The position numbers were made by a program, and so were the translations under genes. The notes below the pieces were generated by a model. That model had not been told where the DNA came from, ran no database searches, and saw only the letters and a program-made list of their open reading frames with translations. Of a stretch of DNA of 64,000 bases, positions 31,196 to 40,832 are shown piece after piece. Origin of the DNA: an uncultured delta proteobacterium (GTDB lineage: Bacteria; Myxococcota_A; Polyangia; Polyangiales; Polyangiaceae); the NCBI GenBank assembly GCA_963850305.1, contig CAWKKR010000011.1:398473-462472 (forward strand), written 5' to 3'. Position 1 is the first letter of the stretch, and each line of letters opens with the position of its first letter.

Positions 31196-33186
31196 ACTCC
31201 GGATACGCACTTACCCGACGCGCAATCGAGGTTCGAATTGCAGCCGATGGTGTGGCGAGGAATGCAGCACGTCTGATTGTCGGAGCAAACGGTGAGGTCC
31301 TGCTGGTTCGCGGAGTTCAGTGGGATCTGGCACGCCGTGCCGGTCTCGCACACGGCGCTGCTCGCGGAGCCCGAGCAGAAATCGAACGCGCGGGCCTGGG
31401 GCTGACAGGTGAAAGCCTCCGTCGAGTTCGCCGGGTCGAGCTTGGCGCAATTCTGCTCTGCGCAGAGCGAGGCAACGGGGACGCCGCTGGCGGCCGCGCA
31501 CTGATCGCCGACGGCGTACGGCGGAGCCGAGCACGTCGTGCCCACATTGCAGTACGCCTTCGTCGGATCGCAGCGCACGTCCGAGCACGTGCCGCCGATC
31601 GGTGCCGGACTCGTGCATTCGCTACCCTGGCAAATCTTGCCCGAAGCGAGACAGAGCTCGTCCTGACCGGCGCAGCTGACCCCGGTCCCCGCATCCGGCG
31701 TGTACACCTCGGACGGCGCCTGACAGTGGTCGTTCGCGCAACATTGGCTGTCCGCGCACGCGCCGCAGGCGGTCAGCCCGCCGCACTCCCTGTTGTTGCA
31801 GTTGTCGGTGAAAAACTGCGGGTTGCAGTCGGGCGATCCAACGGCTCCGAAGAGATCCGCGTTGAACGTGCACGTCGCGGTTTGCTTCGTCTTCACCGAG
31901 CCGGCCATCTCGATCGAGACGGTGGGCGTCCCCGTCGTCGCCGACGAGCAGTACCCGAGCAGGTACGTCCGCTTGGGGTAGTTTTGCACACGCGTCGTGA
32001 TGTCCTGAAACGCGCCCGCCCAGTCCGACGCGGACTGCGCGAGAAAGGTCCCGTCCCGACCCATCGTGGATAGATCGGTGAAGTCGACCTCCGTGCCGAT
32101 GCCGACGGACAGCAAGTTGACCTTGGTGGTCGAAATCAGATTCGTGTTCAGCGCGTAACCGGTGTTATCGCTGGCGTCGGTGATCATCACGACGGTGCCC
32201 GTCGTCAGTACGCCACCTTTCGTCACCGCGTCGCGAAGACCCTGCATGCGCTCGGTGGCGCGGATGCCGTTCTCGAATGCCTTGTTGACCGAAGTGCCGT
32301 TCTTGCCGAGCTGATCGGTGACCGCCTGGGGGTTATTTTGCAGGTCCTGGAGGGCGAGATCGACCGTATCGAGGTCCCTCGTGAACGGCAGATACTCCTC
32401 CACGTTCCTGGCGAAGGTCAGGATGGATACGCCGCCGATCGGCGGCTGCCCGCCGGCCCTCAGCCCGGGCAGAAGGACCGTGCGGATTTGCCCGAGGACC
32501 CCGGCGACCGAGTTTACGTCCGCCGTCATCGACGCGGACATGTCGATGACGAGCGTGATGTAGGACTCGACCGAGTGCGGGATGATCGTCGCGGAAGCCT
32601 CGAGAGAGTTCACGACTTGCGTGTTGTTCTCGAGAATACGAAACGCCTTCGACGGATCCCCTCCGCCAAGAGCCGCGAGATCGGCCGGTAGAACGGCGGT
32701 ACCGGCGCAATAGTCGACCGCGAAGAACAAGCCCACTGCCGGTGCGCCGTTCGTTTCGAAGCGGCAGCTGTCGTTCTGGAGATAACGAAGGTTGATGCAG
32801 GAAGTGTCGACCACGCACAAGCTGTTCGCCGTTTCATTCAGCGAGGGCCCCCCGTCGGGAAGGGTGGCGACATAGCCGTTGTCGCACGCGCAGACGGCAG
32901 CGCTCCCGCTGCCCACGCAATGGCTGTGACCCTGACACAAAAGAGAACCGCAGTTCGTGATGGGCGCGTCGATGGTCGCGTCGAGGCTCGCGTCCGCACC
33001 GCCATCCTTGGACGACGTGCCGCCCGCAGCGGACCTGCCGCCACCACTGCCATCGCTCGCGGTGCCGCCCGCACTTTCGTTTCCGATGGGCGGCGCCGTC
33101 GTCGGCTTGCTCGAACACCCCTCGAATCCGAGAGCGGCAAGGAGGCCGAACAGGGTGACGGCAAAAAGCTTTCGAAAGGACCCCAT
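31120..33186 (-). CDS. vWA-domain lipoprotein with EGF-like and Cys-rich regions
   Basis: FEGC lipobox-like signal, CACDNGY, MIDAS DMSAS...T...TD and a Cys-rich C-terminus. Confidence 0.8.
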   Translation of the reverse strand: MGSFRKLFAVTLFGLLAALGFEGCSSKPTTAPPIGNESAGGTASDGSGGGRSAAGGTSSKDGGADASLDATIDAPITNCGSLLCQGHSHCVGSGSAAVCACDNGYVATLPDGGPSLNETANSLCVVDTSCINLRYLQNDSCRFETNGAPAVGLFFAVDYCAGTAVLPADLAALGGGDPSKAFRILENNTQVVNSLEASATIIPHSVESYITLVIDMSASMTADVNSVAGVLGQIRTVLLPGLRAGGQPPIGGVSILTFARNVEEYLPFTRDLDTVDLALQDLQNNPQAVTDQLGKNGTSVNKAFENGIRATERMQGLRDAVTKGGVLTTGTVVMITDASDNTGYALNTNLISTTKVNLLSVGIGTEVDFTDLSTMGRDGTFLAQSASDWAGAFQDITTRVQNYPKRTYLLGYCSSATTGTPTVSIEMAGSVKTKQTATCTFNADLFGAVGSPDCNPQFFTDNCNNRECGGLTACGACADSQCCANDHCQAPSEVYTPDAGTGVSCAGQDELCLASGKICQGSECTSPAPIGGTCSDVRCDPTKAYCNVGTTCSAPPYAVGDQCAAASGVPVASLCAEQNCAKLDPANSTEAFTCQPQARAFDFCSGSASSAVCETGTACQIPLNSANQQDLTVCSDNQTCCIPRHTIGCNSNLDCASGKCVSGVCYETGACYFDWNDKIDRPFTPQRD

Positions 33187-33287
33187 GAGACCCCCAGCTT
33201 CGCTGAGAAGAGGGCCGATTCATACCAGACGGGCTCCCTGGGGGCGAGATCCACGCGGGATCGACGCTTCGAGCGACCTGGCGCGTC

Positions 33288-33677
33288 TCAGCTATCGCCG
33301 TGACGAATGGTCAGGTCATCCGCGGTTCCCGGGCGTCGATCGGGGCCTGCGGAACGGACCTCGGCGTGCTCGCCATTGCAAATGATGCGATAGCGATTCC
33401 CCCACGGGTCAGCCGTGGCGGCGGCGTCGTCCAGCCTACCTTCGTCCATCAGCTGAGTGATGGTGGGACAGCCGTTCGCGTTTTCGGTTTGCCACGCCTC
33501 TGCGGCGGCCTGCACGCGACGACCTGCTTCGAGCGCGCCCTGCGCGTCATCGCTGTTGTTCGCTCGCTCCACTACGACTGCGGTCGCGGCAACGGCCGCC
33601 GTCAGCACACCCATCACGAGGAGGGCTCCCCGGGAAACCTTGCCCGCAGACGAGAAGGTGCGCACGGCCTTCTTCAT
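33288..33677 (-). CDS. GspG/pseudopilin-like protein
   Basis: N-terminal TM and DPWGNRY...SAGPDRRPGTADD (T2SS G domain signature). Confidence 0.75.
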   Translation of the reverse strand: MKKAVRTFSSAGKVSRGALLVMGVLTAAVAATAVVVERANNSDDAQGALEAGRRVQAAAEAWQTENANGCPTITQLMDEGRLDDAAATADPWGNRYRIICNGEHAEVRSAGPDRRPGTADDLTIRHGDS

Positions 33678-33694
33678 GACGTGGCACTTGGCAA

Positions 33695-33711
33695 AGCAAG
33701 CCGCGTGCCGG
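33695..33711 (-). promoter_or_regulatory. candidate sigma54 promoter
   Basis: Minus strand CGGCAC-GCGGC-TTGCT, 17 bp upstream of ATG 33677. Confidence 0.6.
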
Positions 33712-33879
33712 AGCTGCAGCCACGAAATGCCCGCAGCGATACGACGAGGCGCCGCGCCTTGCGTCAGGGTGGCGCAAGGCGCGCGCTCTTCTGCAGCCTC
33801 CGGTGACACTTTGACAGTCGCGTCAGCGCGTCCTCCCGCGACCGGGGAGTCGCCGAGAGTTTCGAGGTGGGACTGGCAG

Positions 33880-34797
33880 CTAGCGTCTCGCGATGGACCG
33901 CGCGAACCGCTCATCGTCGTCGAGTGGGGCGTGCGGCGACGGTTGCTCGCGCGAAATCCCCAGGTCGTAGCCGAGCCGCACGCGTCCTCTGCCCTCGGAC
34001 AGAATGGACGGCGGAAACCCGAACATTCGACGAAACGTACGCGACAGGTGCGCGGAGTCCGAGAACCCGGCGTGATGCGCAGCTTCGGTCAGCGTCGAGC
34101 CCGCGGCGAGTGAAATGAGAACGTCGCGCAGCCGGAGCCAGAGCACGTAGCGCCGCATCGGCAGCCCCATCTCGGTCGTGAACAGATGGATGAGTCGCCC
34201 CGGAGACAACCCCACGGCCGACGCGAGCTTCGCGGCGGGCGGCGGCGACAGGACGTCGCGCTTGATTATGCTCATGGCGCGCAGGATCCGCGGATCGCGT
34301 GGACGTCGCGGCGCTCCGTTCACCGTGAGCTCGCCGACGGTGAGCGACCACGCGTCGAACGCGGCGCGACTCGTCCCGTCGAGACGCAGAAACACGTCAC
34401 GGACGCGCTCGATCGTCTCCGACGATAACGAGCGCACTCCGGCTTCGACGAAGTGGTGCGCAATGCCCGCGTACACGTCGCTCTCCGGATCGATCTGCAG
34501 GATGGCGAGCTTGATGCCGCGAGCGTCGAGCTGTTGCTCGACGTTGGGCGCGACCATCACGCCGTCCATGGCCATGAACTCACGGCTCGGCTCGACGCGC
34601 ACGCGCACCGGACCCTCGAGCCCGAGGATGACCGACGCGGTGAAATGCCGGTGCGCTTCGTTGAACATGTCGGCGCCGACGAACAGCGCTCCGTTCGGCC
34701 AGAGATGCAGCACGCCTTCGGGCACCGCGACCTCCGAGTTCCGAGCAACGCCTTCGAGCCGCACTCCCCGACGAGTATGCCGCGACAGGCGCCACAT
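33880..34797 (-). CDS. AraC-family transcriptional regulator; start uncertain
   Basis: GLSPGRLIHLF...YVLWLRL...AAHHAGFSDSAHLSRTFRRMFG. Confidence 0.92.
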   Translation of the reverse strand: MWRLSRHTRRGVRLEGVARNSEVAVPEGVLHLWPNGALFVGADMFNEAHRHFTASVILGLEGPVRVRVEPSREFMAMDGVMVAPNVEQQLDARGIKLAILQIDPESDVYAGIAHHFVEAGVRSLSSETIERVRDVFLRLDGTSRAAFDAWSLTVGELTVNGAPRRPRDPRILRAMSIIKRDVLSPPPAAKLASAVGLSPGRLIHLFTTEMGLPMRRYVLWLRLRDVLISLAAGSTLTEAAHHAGFSDSAHLSRTFRRMFGFPPSILSEGRGRVRLGYDLGISREQPSPHAPLDDDERFARSIARR

Positions 34798-34905
34798 TGT
34801 GGAGCGCGAAATCACCCACGGCCGGAATGAAGCCGGATCGCGTCGCCGCGGCCGCTTCGAGGTCGGTCCGTCCGGGCCCGGCATCGAAGCGCCGGCCGGC
34901 ATCGA

Positions 34906-34921
34906 GGGCGCGCTACTTGCA
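34906..34921 (+). promoter_or_regulatory. candidate sigma54 promoter
   Basis: GGGCGC-GCTAC-TTGCA, about 90 bp upstream of ATG 35012. Confidence 0.35.
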
Positions 34922-35011
34922 GCGCGTGCCGCGCGGCTCGGCCTCGCCGAACGAGCACGTTTCGCGACGCGCTCGACAGGGTCGCCGGTCCGTCAACAAG
35001 GGAGAATCCAG

Positions 35012-36067
35012 ATGAATCCGACCAATCGAACTTCGCATCCGTCCCGACGAGTGAAGACGATATTACGAGCGGCCGCGATCGGCGCCGTGAGCCTGGCGAT
35101 CGGTTGTGCCATGAGCTGCTCGAGTAGCGACACCGGCAGCAGCGGCACTGCCTCCACCTACGAGGCCTATTCTCTGAATACCGACTATGCGACGAGCGTG
35201 GCCGTGACGAACGCGGCGCTCTCGGACTCGTGGGGACCGACCGTGGTGACATTCGCACGCATCGCCGCGGATGCAGGTCCGAAGCTCGAGGATGCTGGCA
35301 TGAAGAAGAGCGACGCGAGCGTCGCGACCCCCGCGCAAGGTCCGGCCAAGGTCATCCTTACGGTCGCTCGAGGCGATGTGTCCGTTTGCCCCGGGCACGT
35401 CACGGTGACGCCGATCATGACCGCCACGCCGTGCGACGAGAATGGACAATCGGGCGATACGCAGACTGGAACCACGGTCGTGTTCGACGACTGCGTGTTG
35501 AAAGGAGGGGGACGACTCGACGGCACGATCTCGGTGACGAGTACGCATCGAGCCAGCGACACCGCATGCGATTCGAACACGACGATCTCGATCACCTTCG
35601 CCGCGAACGTGCAGAACCTCGCGTACACGGCGCCGGACGGGACCGCGACCGCGATCCGGAACCTGGTCGTCGACGGCTCTTACGATCACACGATCGGATC
35701 GCCGCCGAAGAGCATCACGACGGCGATGCACGGTAGCGTGGAGAACGAGAGCTCGAACGGCGGCCTGGCGCTCTTGACCACGTTCTCCGGCCAAGCAACG
35801 TTCACGTTGCCCGGAACCCCGGGCGCGTACAGCGTGACGTCCTCGCTCGACTGGACCAGCTCGACCGCGCGGGACGGCGGCGTCGATGGCGGGCCGAATT
35901 CGGTCAGGGTGAACGCGGACGGGCTCACTCACGACGGCCAGTGCTGTCACGCCACGGGCGGAACCGTGACGGTCGCGGGCGCCCGGACCGGCACCTTCAC
36001 ATTCGGCCCCGCCTGCGGAGAGGCCACCGCGAACGGCAAGCCCGTCATGCTCTCCGACTGCACATAG
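35012..36067 (+). CDS. hypothetical Thr/Ser-rich beta-strand lipoprotein
   Basis: GGAG RBS, signal ending AIGCAMSC and paired Cys. Confidence 0.75.
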   Translation: MNPTNRTSHPSRRVKTILRAAAIGAVSLAIGCAMSCSSSDTGSSGTASTYEAYSLNTDYATSVAVTNAALSDSWGPTVVTFARIAADAGPKLEDAGMKKSDASVATPAQGPAKVILTVARGDVSVCPGHVTVTPIMTATPCDENGQSGDTQTGTTVVFDDCVLKGGGRLDGTISVTSTHRASDTACDSNTTISITFAANVQNLAYTAPDGTATAIRNLVVDGSYDHTIGSPPKSITTAMHGSVENESSNGGLALLTTFSGQATFTLPGTPGAYSVTSSLDWTSSTARDGGVDGGPNSVRVNADGLTHDGQCCHATGGTVTVAGARTGTFTFGPACGEATANGKPVMLSDCT

Positions 36068-36196
36068 AAGGGCTGCCCCCATCCGTCGCCGCCTCCGGGC
36101 GGCGACGACTTCCCCCAAAGCCGTGCTCGCGCGCCCAGCGGCGCGCTCCGCGCGGCCGGGGGAAGTCGGCCTGGACGTCTCGATCCGGATCCAGCA

Positions 36197-37312
36197 TCAC
36201 GCCCGCCCGACATGGATCCGGATCGCGTCGTCGTAGTGCGTCTCGAGCGCGCGGACACGCGTGCGGACGTCGTATTCGCGGAGCATCTTCGCGCGGGCGG
36301 CGCGTCCCAGGGTCGCCCGGAGAGCGGGGTCCGACGCGACGAGAAAGAGTCTGTCGGCGAGAGCATCCACGTCGCGCTCCGGCACGAGAAAACCGGTCAC
36401 GCCGTCCTCGATGATCTCGGGAATGCCGCCGTGCACCGTCCCGATGGGCACGACACTCGACGCACTCGCCTCCTTGACCGACAGAATCCCGCTCTCGCGA
36501 TCGCCTCCGGGGCCCACGACGCTCGGCGCCATCAGGACGTCGCTCTGCCGCAAGCGCTCCGCGACCCCCGAGCTTGTCAGAACGCCGCTGAACACGACCC
36601 TATCCTCGATCCCGAGCTCCTTCGCGAGCGCGCGGAGCCGCCCGGCGAGGTGACCGTCGCCAATCAGCGTGAGGCGCGACGGGAGCCGATTCGCGACACG
36701 AGCGAAGGCGCGAAGCCCGTACTCGAATCCCTTCTTTTCCACGAAGCGACCGACCATGACGACCTCGACACGGTCGCCCGGAGCCCTCGGCTCGGCCGCG
36801 AAGCGCTCCACGTCGATGCCGATGTGATGCAGGCGAAGGCGTTCCCGCGGCACGCCAAGCGCGGCGAGCATCTCGAGGAGCTCGGCGGACGCGCAGAGCC
36901 CGAGCGTCATGGCTCGGAGCACGGCGGGGCCGAGCAGCGCGTAGCGGAGGCTCTTCGGCAAGAAGCGGGCGGGAGACGACAAGATTGGCACGTCGTACCC
37001 GTGGAACGTCACGACCAGGGGCAGGCGGAGCTTCGTCGCGAAGCGCAACGCGTACACGCCACCGGGGCCGAAGTGCGCGTGCAGGAGCGCGAACCGCCCC
37101 GTCGCGAGCGCGCGTTCGAACGCGCGGTCACGGAGCGTCACGCCGTATCCGGGGCCCGCGACGTGAACGCGGTCGAACGGAAAGCGAGCGACGTTCATGC
37201 GCTTCCGGCAGAACACTTCGACGTCGTACCGCTCGTGGTTGCGGAGCTCGTCGTAGACGAAGGTCTGCGCGTACTGGAGAAAGTAGGTGCTGAAGACCGC
37301 AGCCGCCGGCAT
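36197..37312 (-). CDS. GT4 glycosyltransferase (WcaL-like)
   Basis: HAHFG, FHGYD, GRFVEKKG and HGGIPE. Confidence 0.9.
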   Translation of the reverse strand: MPAAAVFSTYFLQYAQTFVYDELRNHERYDVEVFCRKRMNVARFPFDRVHVAGPGYGVTLRDRAFERALATGRFALLHAHFGPGGVYALRFATKLRLPLVVTFHGYDVPILSSPARFLPKSLRYALLGPAVLRAMTLGLCASAELLEMLAALGVPRERLRLHHIGIDVERFAAEPRAPGDRVEVVMVGRFVEKKGFEYGLRAFARVANRLPSRLTLIGDGHLAGRLRALAKELGIEDRVVFSGVLTSSGVAERLRQSDVLMAPSVVGPGGDRESGILSVKEASASSVVPIGTVHGGIPEIIEDGVTGFLVPERDVDALADRLFLVASDPALRATLGRAARAKMLREYDVRTRVRALETHYDDAIRIHVGRA

Positions 37313-38211
37313 CAATCGGAAGATTCCATCGACCGCGGGACCGTGTGCTCCCAATCCGCCAGGAGGGTCCGGAGCGCCGCGATGAACGCGAGCGGTTGAT
37401 CCAGGAGCAGGTGATGGTGCGCTTCCGGGATCTCGACGACCGGCGCGTTCCGCCGGAGGAGATGATACATGTACTCGCCCGTCTCGGGCGGGACGACATA
37501 GCTGAGCGCGCCGCGAAACAGCGCCACGCGACAGCGCACGTTCGCGAGATGCTCGTGCATGGCCTCCGGACGGGCGAGCTGGAACACGACGGGATCGAAC
37601 TTCCACGTCACGCCGCCCGGAGCTTCGCGGAGCGAACGCTCGGCGATGAAGTCGAGGATGTAAGTGTTCTCGCACGGCTGAGGCGGCACGAGGCGGAAGT
37701 GTTCCCTCGCCGTCTTCACGTCCGGATACGTCTTCGGGTTGCGGAACGTACGGCCTTGCTGCCCTTCCTGGCTCTCCGGATCCGGACGGCGCACCGGCGC
37801 ATCCACGATGATCGCGCCCGCGAGCGCGTCGCCATGGAGCGCCGCGGTGACGATACCGACCAGCCCTCCCATGCTGTGCCCGACCAGGATCGGCGGCCCG
37901 ACGAAATCCGAGTCGCGGCTCACGGCCATCACTTCTTCCGCCCACGTCCGCCGCGGATAAGCCTCGCGCCGCCCGCTATCCCCGTGGCCGCTCAGGTCGA
38001 GCGCGACGACGCTGTAGTGCTCGGTCAAGAGCGGTGCGAGAAAGCTCCACCATTGCGCGTGGGCTGCGCCTCCGTGCACGAGCACGAGCCCCGGATTCTT
38101 CGGGTTCCCCCACCGGAGATAGTGAATGTCGCAACCCATCACCTCGATACGGTGATCCTCGCAGGGGGCCGCGATGGCCTTCTCGAACCATGCCGGAGCC
38201 TTTTCGGACAT
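37312..38211 (-). CDS. alpha/beta hydrolase
   Basis: LVHGG, DLSGHGDS, GHSMGG and AHHH. Confidence 0.92.
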   Translation of the reverse strand: MSEKAPAWFEKAIAAPCEDHRIEVMGCDIHYLRWGNPKNPGLVLVHGGAAHAQWWSFLAPLLTEHYSVVALDLSGHGDSGRREAYPRRTWAEEVMAVSRDSDFVGPPILVGHSMGGLVGIVTAALHGDALAGAIIVDAPVRRPDPESQEGQQGRTFRNPKTYPDVKTAREHFRLVPPQPCENTYILDFIAERSLREAPGGVTWKFDPVVFQLARPEAMHEHLANVRCRVALFRGALSYVVPPETGEYMYHLLRRNAPVVEIPEAHHHLLLDQPLAFIAALRTLLADWEHTVPRSMESSD

Positions 38212-38220
38212 CGCCCTCAG

Positions 38221-38940
38221 CTACTTCCGCTTCTTGAGCAGATCCCCGAACGTGCCGAACCCGGTGACTGGCTTCTCCCCCTTGGCGCTTTCCTGGTTGC
38301 CCGCCGCGAAATGTTCGAACTCCCGGCGCTCGTCGGCCTGGCGCAAGGCGACGACGGAGAGGCGGACGCGGCCCCGCTCGTCGATGGCCTGGACCGCGGC
38401 CTCGAGCTCGGTACCGGCGGGGAAGGCCTTGCGCAAGTCCGCGCCGCGCGGCGTGCCGAGCTCGGCAGTGGGGATCAGGCCGCGCGTCGGCCGATGTTCT
38501 CCGGGAACCGAGAACTCCATGAACACGCCGTACCGTTCGACGCCGCTGACCTTGCCGTTGACGCGCATGCCCACGATGACCGCGCTCGTGCGCGCGGCTC
38601 CCGAGGGCTGTGCGCCGGGCGCTTCCGCCAGCGCTTCCACGATGGGAGCCGTGGAGACGGGAGTCAGCCGAACGGAGCCCGTGTCGCGCTCGATCTGGAC
38701 GACGCGTGCGGCGATCCGCGAGCCCACCACGACCGTCGGCTTGCCGTTCGCATCCGTGAGCTCGGACGTCTCTATGTAGCCCTCCTGTTTACCGTCGAGC
38801 GCGACGAACACCTCCGCGGGGCCGACGCGAACGACCTCCAGGTCGAGCACGTCGCCGACGCGGCAGCGCCGGGGCCCGACGTGCCTGGGCGCGGATTCGA
38901 AGAGAGACGCGAAGGAACTCGGAGGCTCGTTGTTGGGCAT
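38221..38940 (-). CDS. two-S1-domain RNA-binding protein (short RpsA-like)
   Basis: FASLFES..VGDV..KQEGYI and GKVSGVERYGVF..GLIP..RVRLS; tail GFGTFGDLLK. Confidence 0.82.
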   Translation of the reverse strand: MPNNEPPSSFASLFESAPRHVGPRRCRVGDVLDLEVVRVGPAEVFVALDGKQEGYIETSELTDANGKPTVVVGSRIAARVVQIERDTGSVRLTPVSTAPIVEALAEAPGAQPSGAARTSAVIVGMRVNGKVSGVERYGVFMEFSVPGEHRPTRGLIPTAELGTPRGADLRKAFPAGTELEAAVQAIDERGRVRLSVVALRQADERREFEHFAAGNQESAKGEKPVTGFGTFGDLLKKRK

Positions 38941-39040
38941 GATTGGGTCGACCGGAATCCGACTTCCGCGCAGCCTACCTCGATTTCCGGGAACCGGGGC
39001 GCGCATGCCGTCCTTTTCCCATCTGGTAACATCGCCGCCG

Positions 39041-39919
39041 ATGAAAATATTGCTCCTCGGCAGGGACGGCCAGCTCGGACACGAGCTTCTGCCGCTCTTC
39101 GCACCGAAAGGCGACGTTCTCGCGCTCGGCCGCAATGAGATCGATCTCGCCGATCTCGGGCGGGTCAAAGACCTCCTTGCAAGCGAGCGCCCGCGCCTCG
39201 TCCTGAACGGCATGGCGTACAACCAGGTCGATCTGGCCGAGTCAGAACCCGCCGCCGCGTTGCGCGTCAACGCGGAAGCAGTGGCGGTCCTCGGTGAGTA
39301 CGCGCTCCGCGAGGGCGCCGCGCTCATCCACTATTCGACCGACTTCGTCTTCGACGGAAAGAAGAGCACGCCTTACGTCGAGACGGATTTGGCGGAGCCT
39401 CTGTCCGCTTACGGACGGTCGAAGCTCGAGGGCGAGCGGGCCCTCGCGGCGATGCAGGCCCCCGCCCTCGTCCTTCGAACGGCGTGGGTCTACAGCCTTC
39501 GACGCAAGAGCTTCGTCTCGATGATGCTCAAGCTTGCGCGCGAGAAGAAGGAGATGAAAGTGGCAACAGATCAGGTCGGGAGCCCCACCTGGTGTCGCGA
39601 CCTCGCACGGGTGACCCTCGCCGTCGTCGAGAAGCTCGGTCCCGACGTCGCTGCGGGGGCGCGGGAAGCGCGCGGCGTGTATCACGCGGCGGGCGGCGGC
39701 GCGTGCAGCCGCTACGAGCTCGCCAGAGCGGCCCTCGAGCTCGATCCGAAGAAGAGCGAACACATCGTCGAGCGGCTCGAGGGCGTCAGCGCCTCCGAGT
39801 TCCCCGCGCCCGCCGCGCGCCCTGCCTACGCGCCTCTCGACTGCACCCGCCTCACGCGCCGCTTCGGCGTCTCCTTCCTGCCGTGGAAAGACGCCCTGCG
39901 CGAGGCACTCGGCGGGTGA
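39041..39919 (+). CDS. rfbD: dTDP-4-dehydrorhamnose reductase
   Basis: LGRDGQLG, STDFVFDG, YGRSK, DQVGSPT and ARPAY. Confidence 0.95.
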   Translation: MKILLLGRDGQLGHELLPLFAPKGDVLALGRNEIDLADLGRVKDLLASERPRLVLNGMAYNQVDLAESEPAAALRVNAEAVAVLGEYALREGAALIHYSTDFVFDGKKSTPYVETDLAEPLSAYGRSKLEGERALAAMQAPALVLRTAWVYSLRRKSFVSMMLKLAREKKEMKVATDQVGSPTWCRDLARVTLAVVEKLGPDVAAGAREARGVYHAAGGGACSRYELARAALELDPKKSEHIVERLEGVSASEFPAPAARPAYAPLDCTRLTRRFGVSFLPWKDALREALGG

Positions 39920-40029
39920 CGCGCGTCTGACGCGCCGAGGAGCCCGCGGCCATCGTGAACGTCGCGCCGACGGCCCACGGATTCGGATCGCGTCTTCTCG
40001 GTCAGCCGCAGACACTCCACGACACACGT

Positions 40030-40790
40030 CGCGACGACCCGTCCCTCAGCCAGGAGAACCCGTCCACACGCCGTGGTAGCCGCTTCACGCAGCGCGACGA
40101 CGCCTCCGTCGGCCGTGAGACCCGCTTCACACACCGTGAGGACGTGTCCGTCGGCCGTGAGACCCGCTTCACATGCCGTGAGAACGCCTCCGTCGGCCGT
40201 GATAACTGGATCACGCAGCGTGAGAACGCCTCCGTCGGCCGTGATAACTGGATCACGCAGCGTGAGAACGCCTCCGTCGGCCGTGACGACGCGTTCTCAC
40301 GGCCGTGAGACCCGCTTCACACAGCGTGAGAACGCCTCCGTCGGCCGTGATAACTGGATCACACAGCGTGAGGACGCCTCCGTCGGCCGTGAGATCCGCT
40401 TCACATGCCGTGAGGACGCCTCCGTCGGCCGCGACGACGCGTTCTCACGGCCGTGAGACCCGCTTCACACAGCGTGAGAACGCCTCCGTCGGCCGTGAGA
40501 CCCGCTTCACACACCCGTGAGAACGTCTCCGTCGGCCGTGACGACCCGCTTCACACGCCGTGAGAACGCCTCCGTCGGCCGTGGGACCCGCTTCACACGC
40601 CGTGAGAACGCCTCCGTCGGCCGTGAGACCCGCTTCACACACCCGTGAGAACGTCTCCGTCGGCCGTGAGACCCGCTTCACACGCCGTGAGGACGCCTCC
40701 GTCGGCCGTGGGACCCGCTTCACACACCGTGAGGACGCCTCCGTCGGCCGTGAAACCCGCTTCACGCGTCGAGAGGACGCGTTCACGGGC
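40030..40790. repeat. tandem array of about 36 units of 21(-22) bp, alternating a near-constant unit with variable dyad units (42-bp period)
   Basis: A=CGTGAG(A/G)ACGCCTCCGTCGGC, B=CGTGAGACCCGCTTCACANNN, C=CGTGATAACTGGATCACRCAG and D=CGYGACGACGCGTTCTCACGGC. Confidence 0.95.
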
Positions 40791-40832
40791 GCGGGCGCTG
40801 GTTGCTGATGCGCACGAAGAACTCGGCGACGT

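Noticed and set aside
40093..40770. CRP/FNR sites in the array
   Set aside because: The dyad spacing is GTGA-N8-TCAC, not the N6 required.
40030..40790. CRISPR array
   Set aside because: The intervening segments are only about 15-21 bp, fall into three recurring families rather than unique spacers, and no cas genes are in the window.
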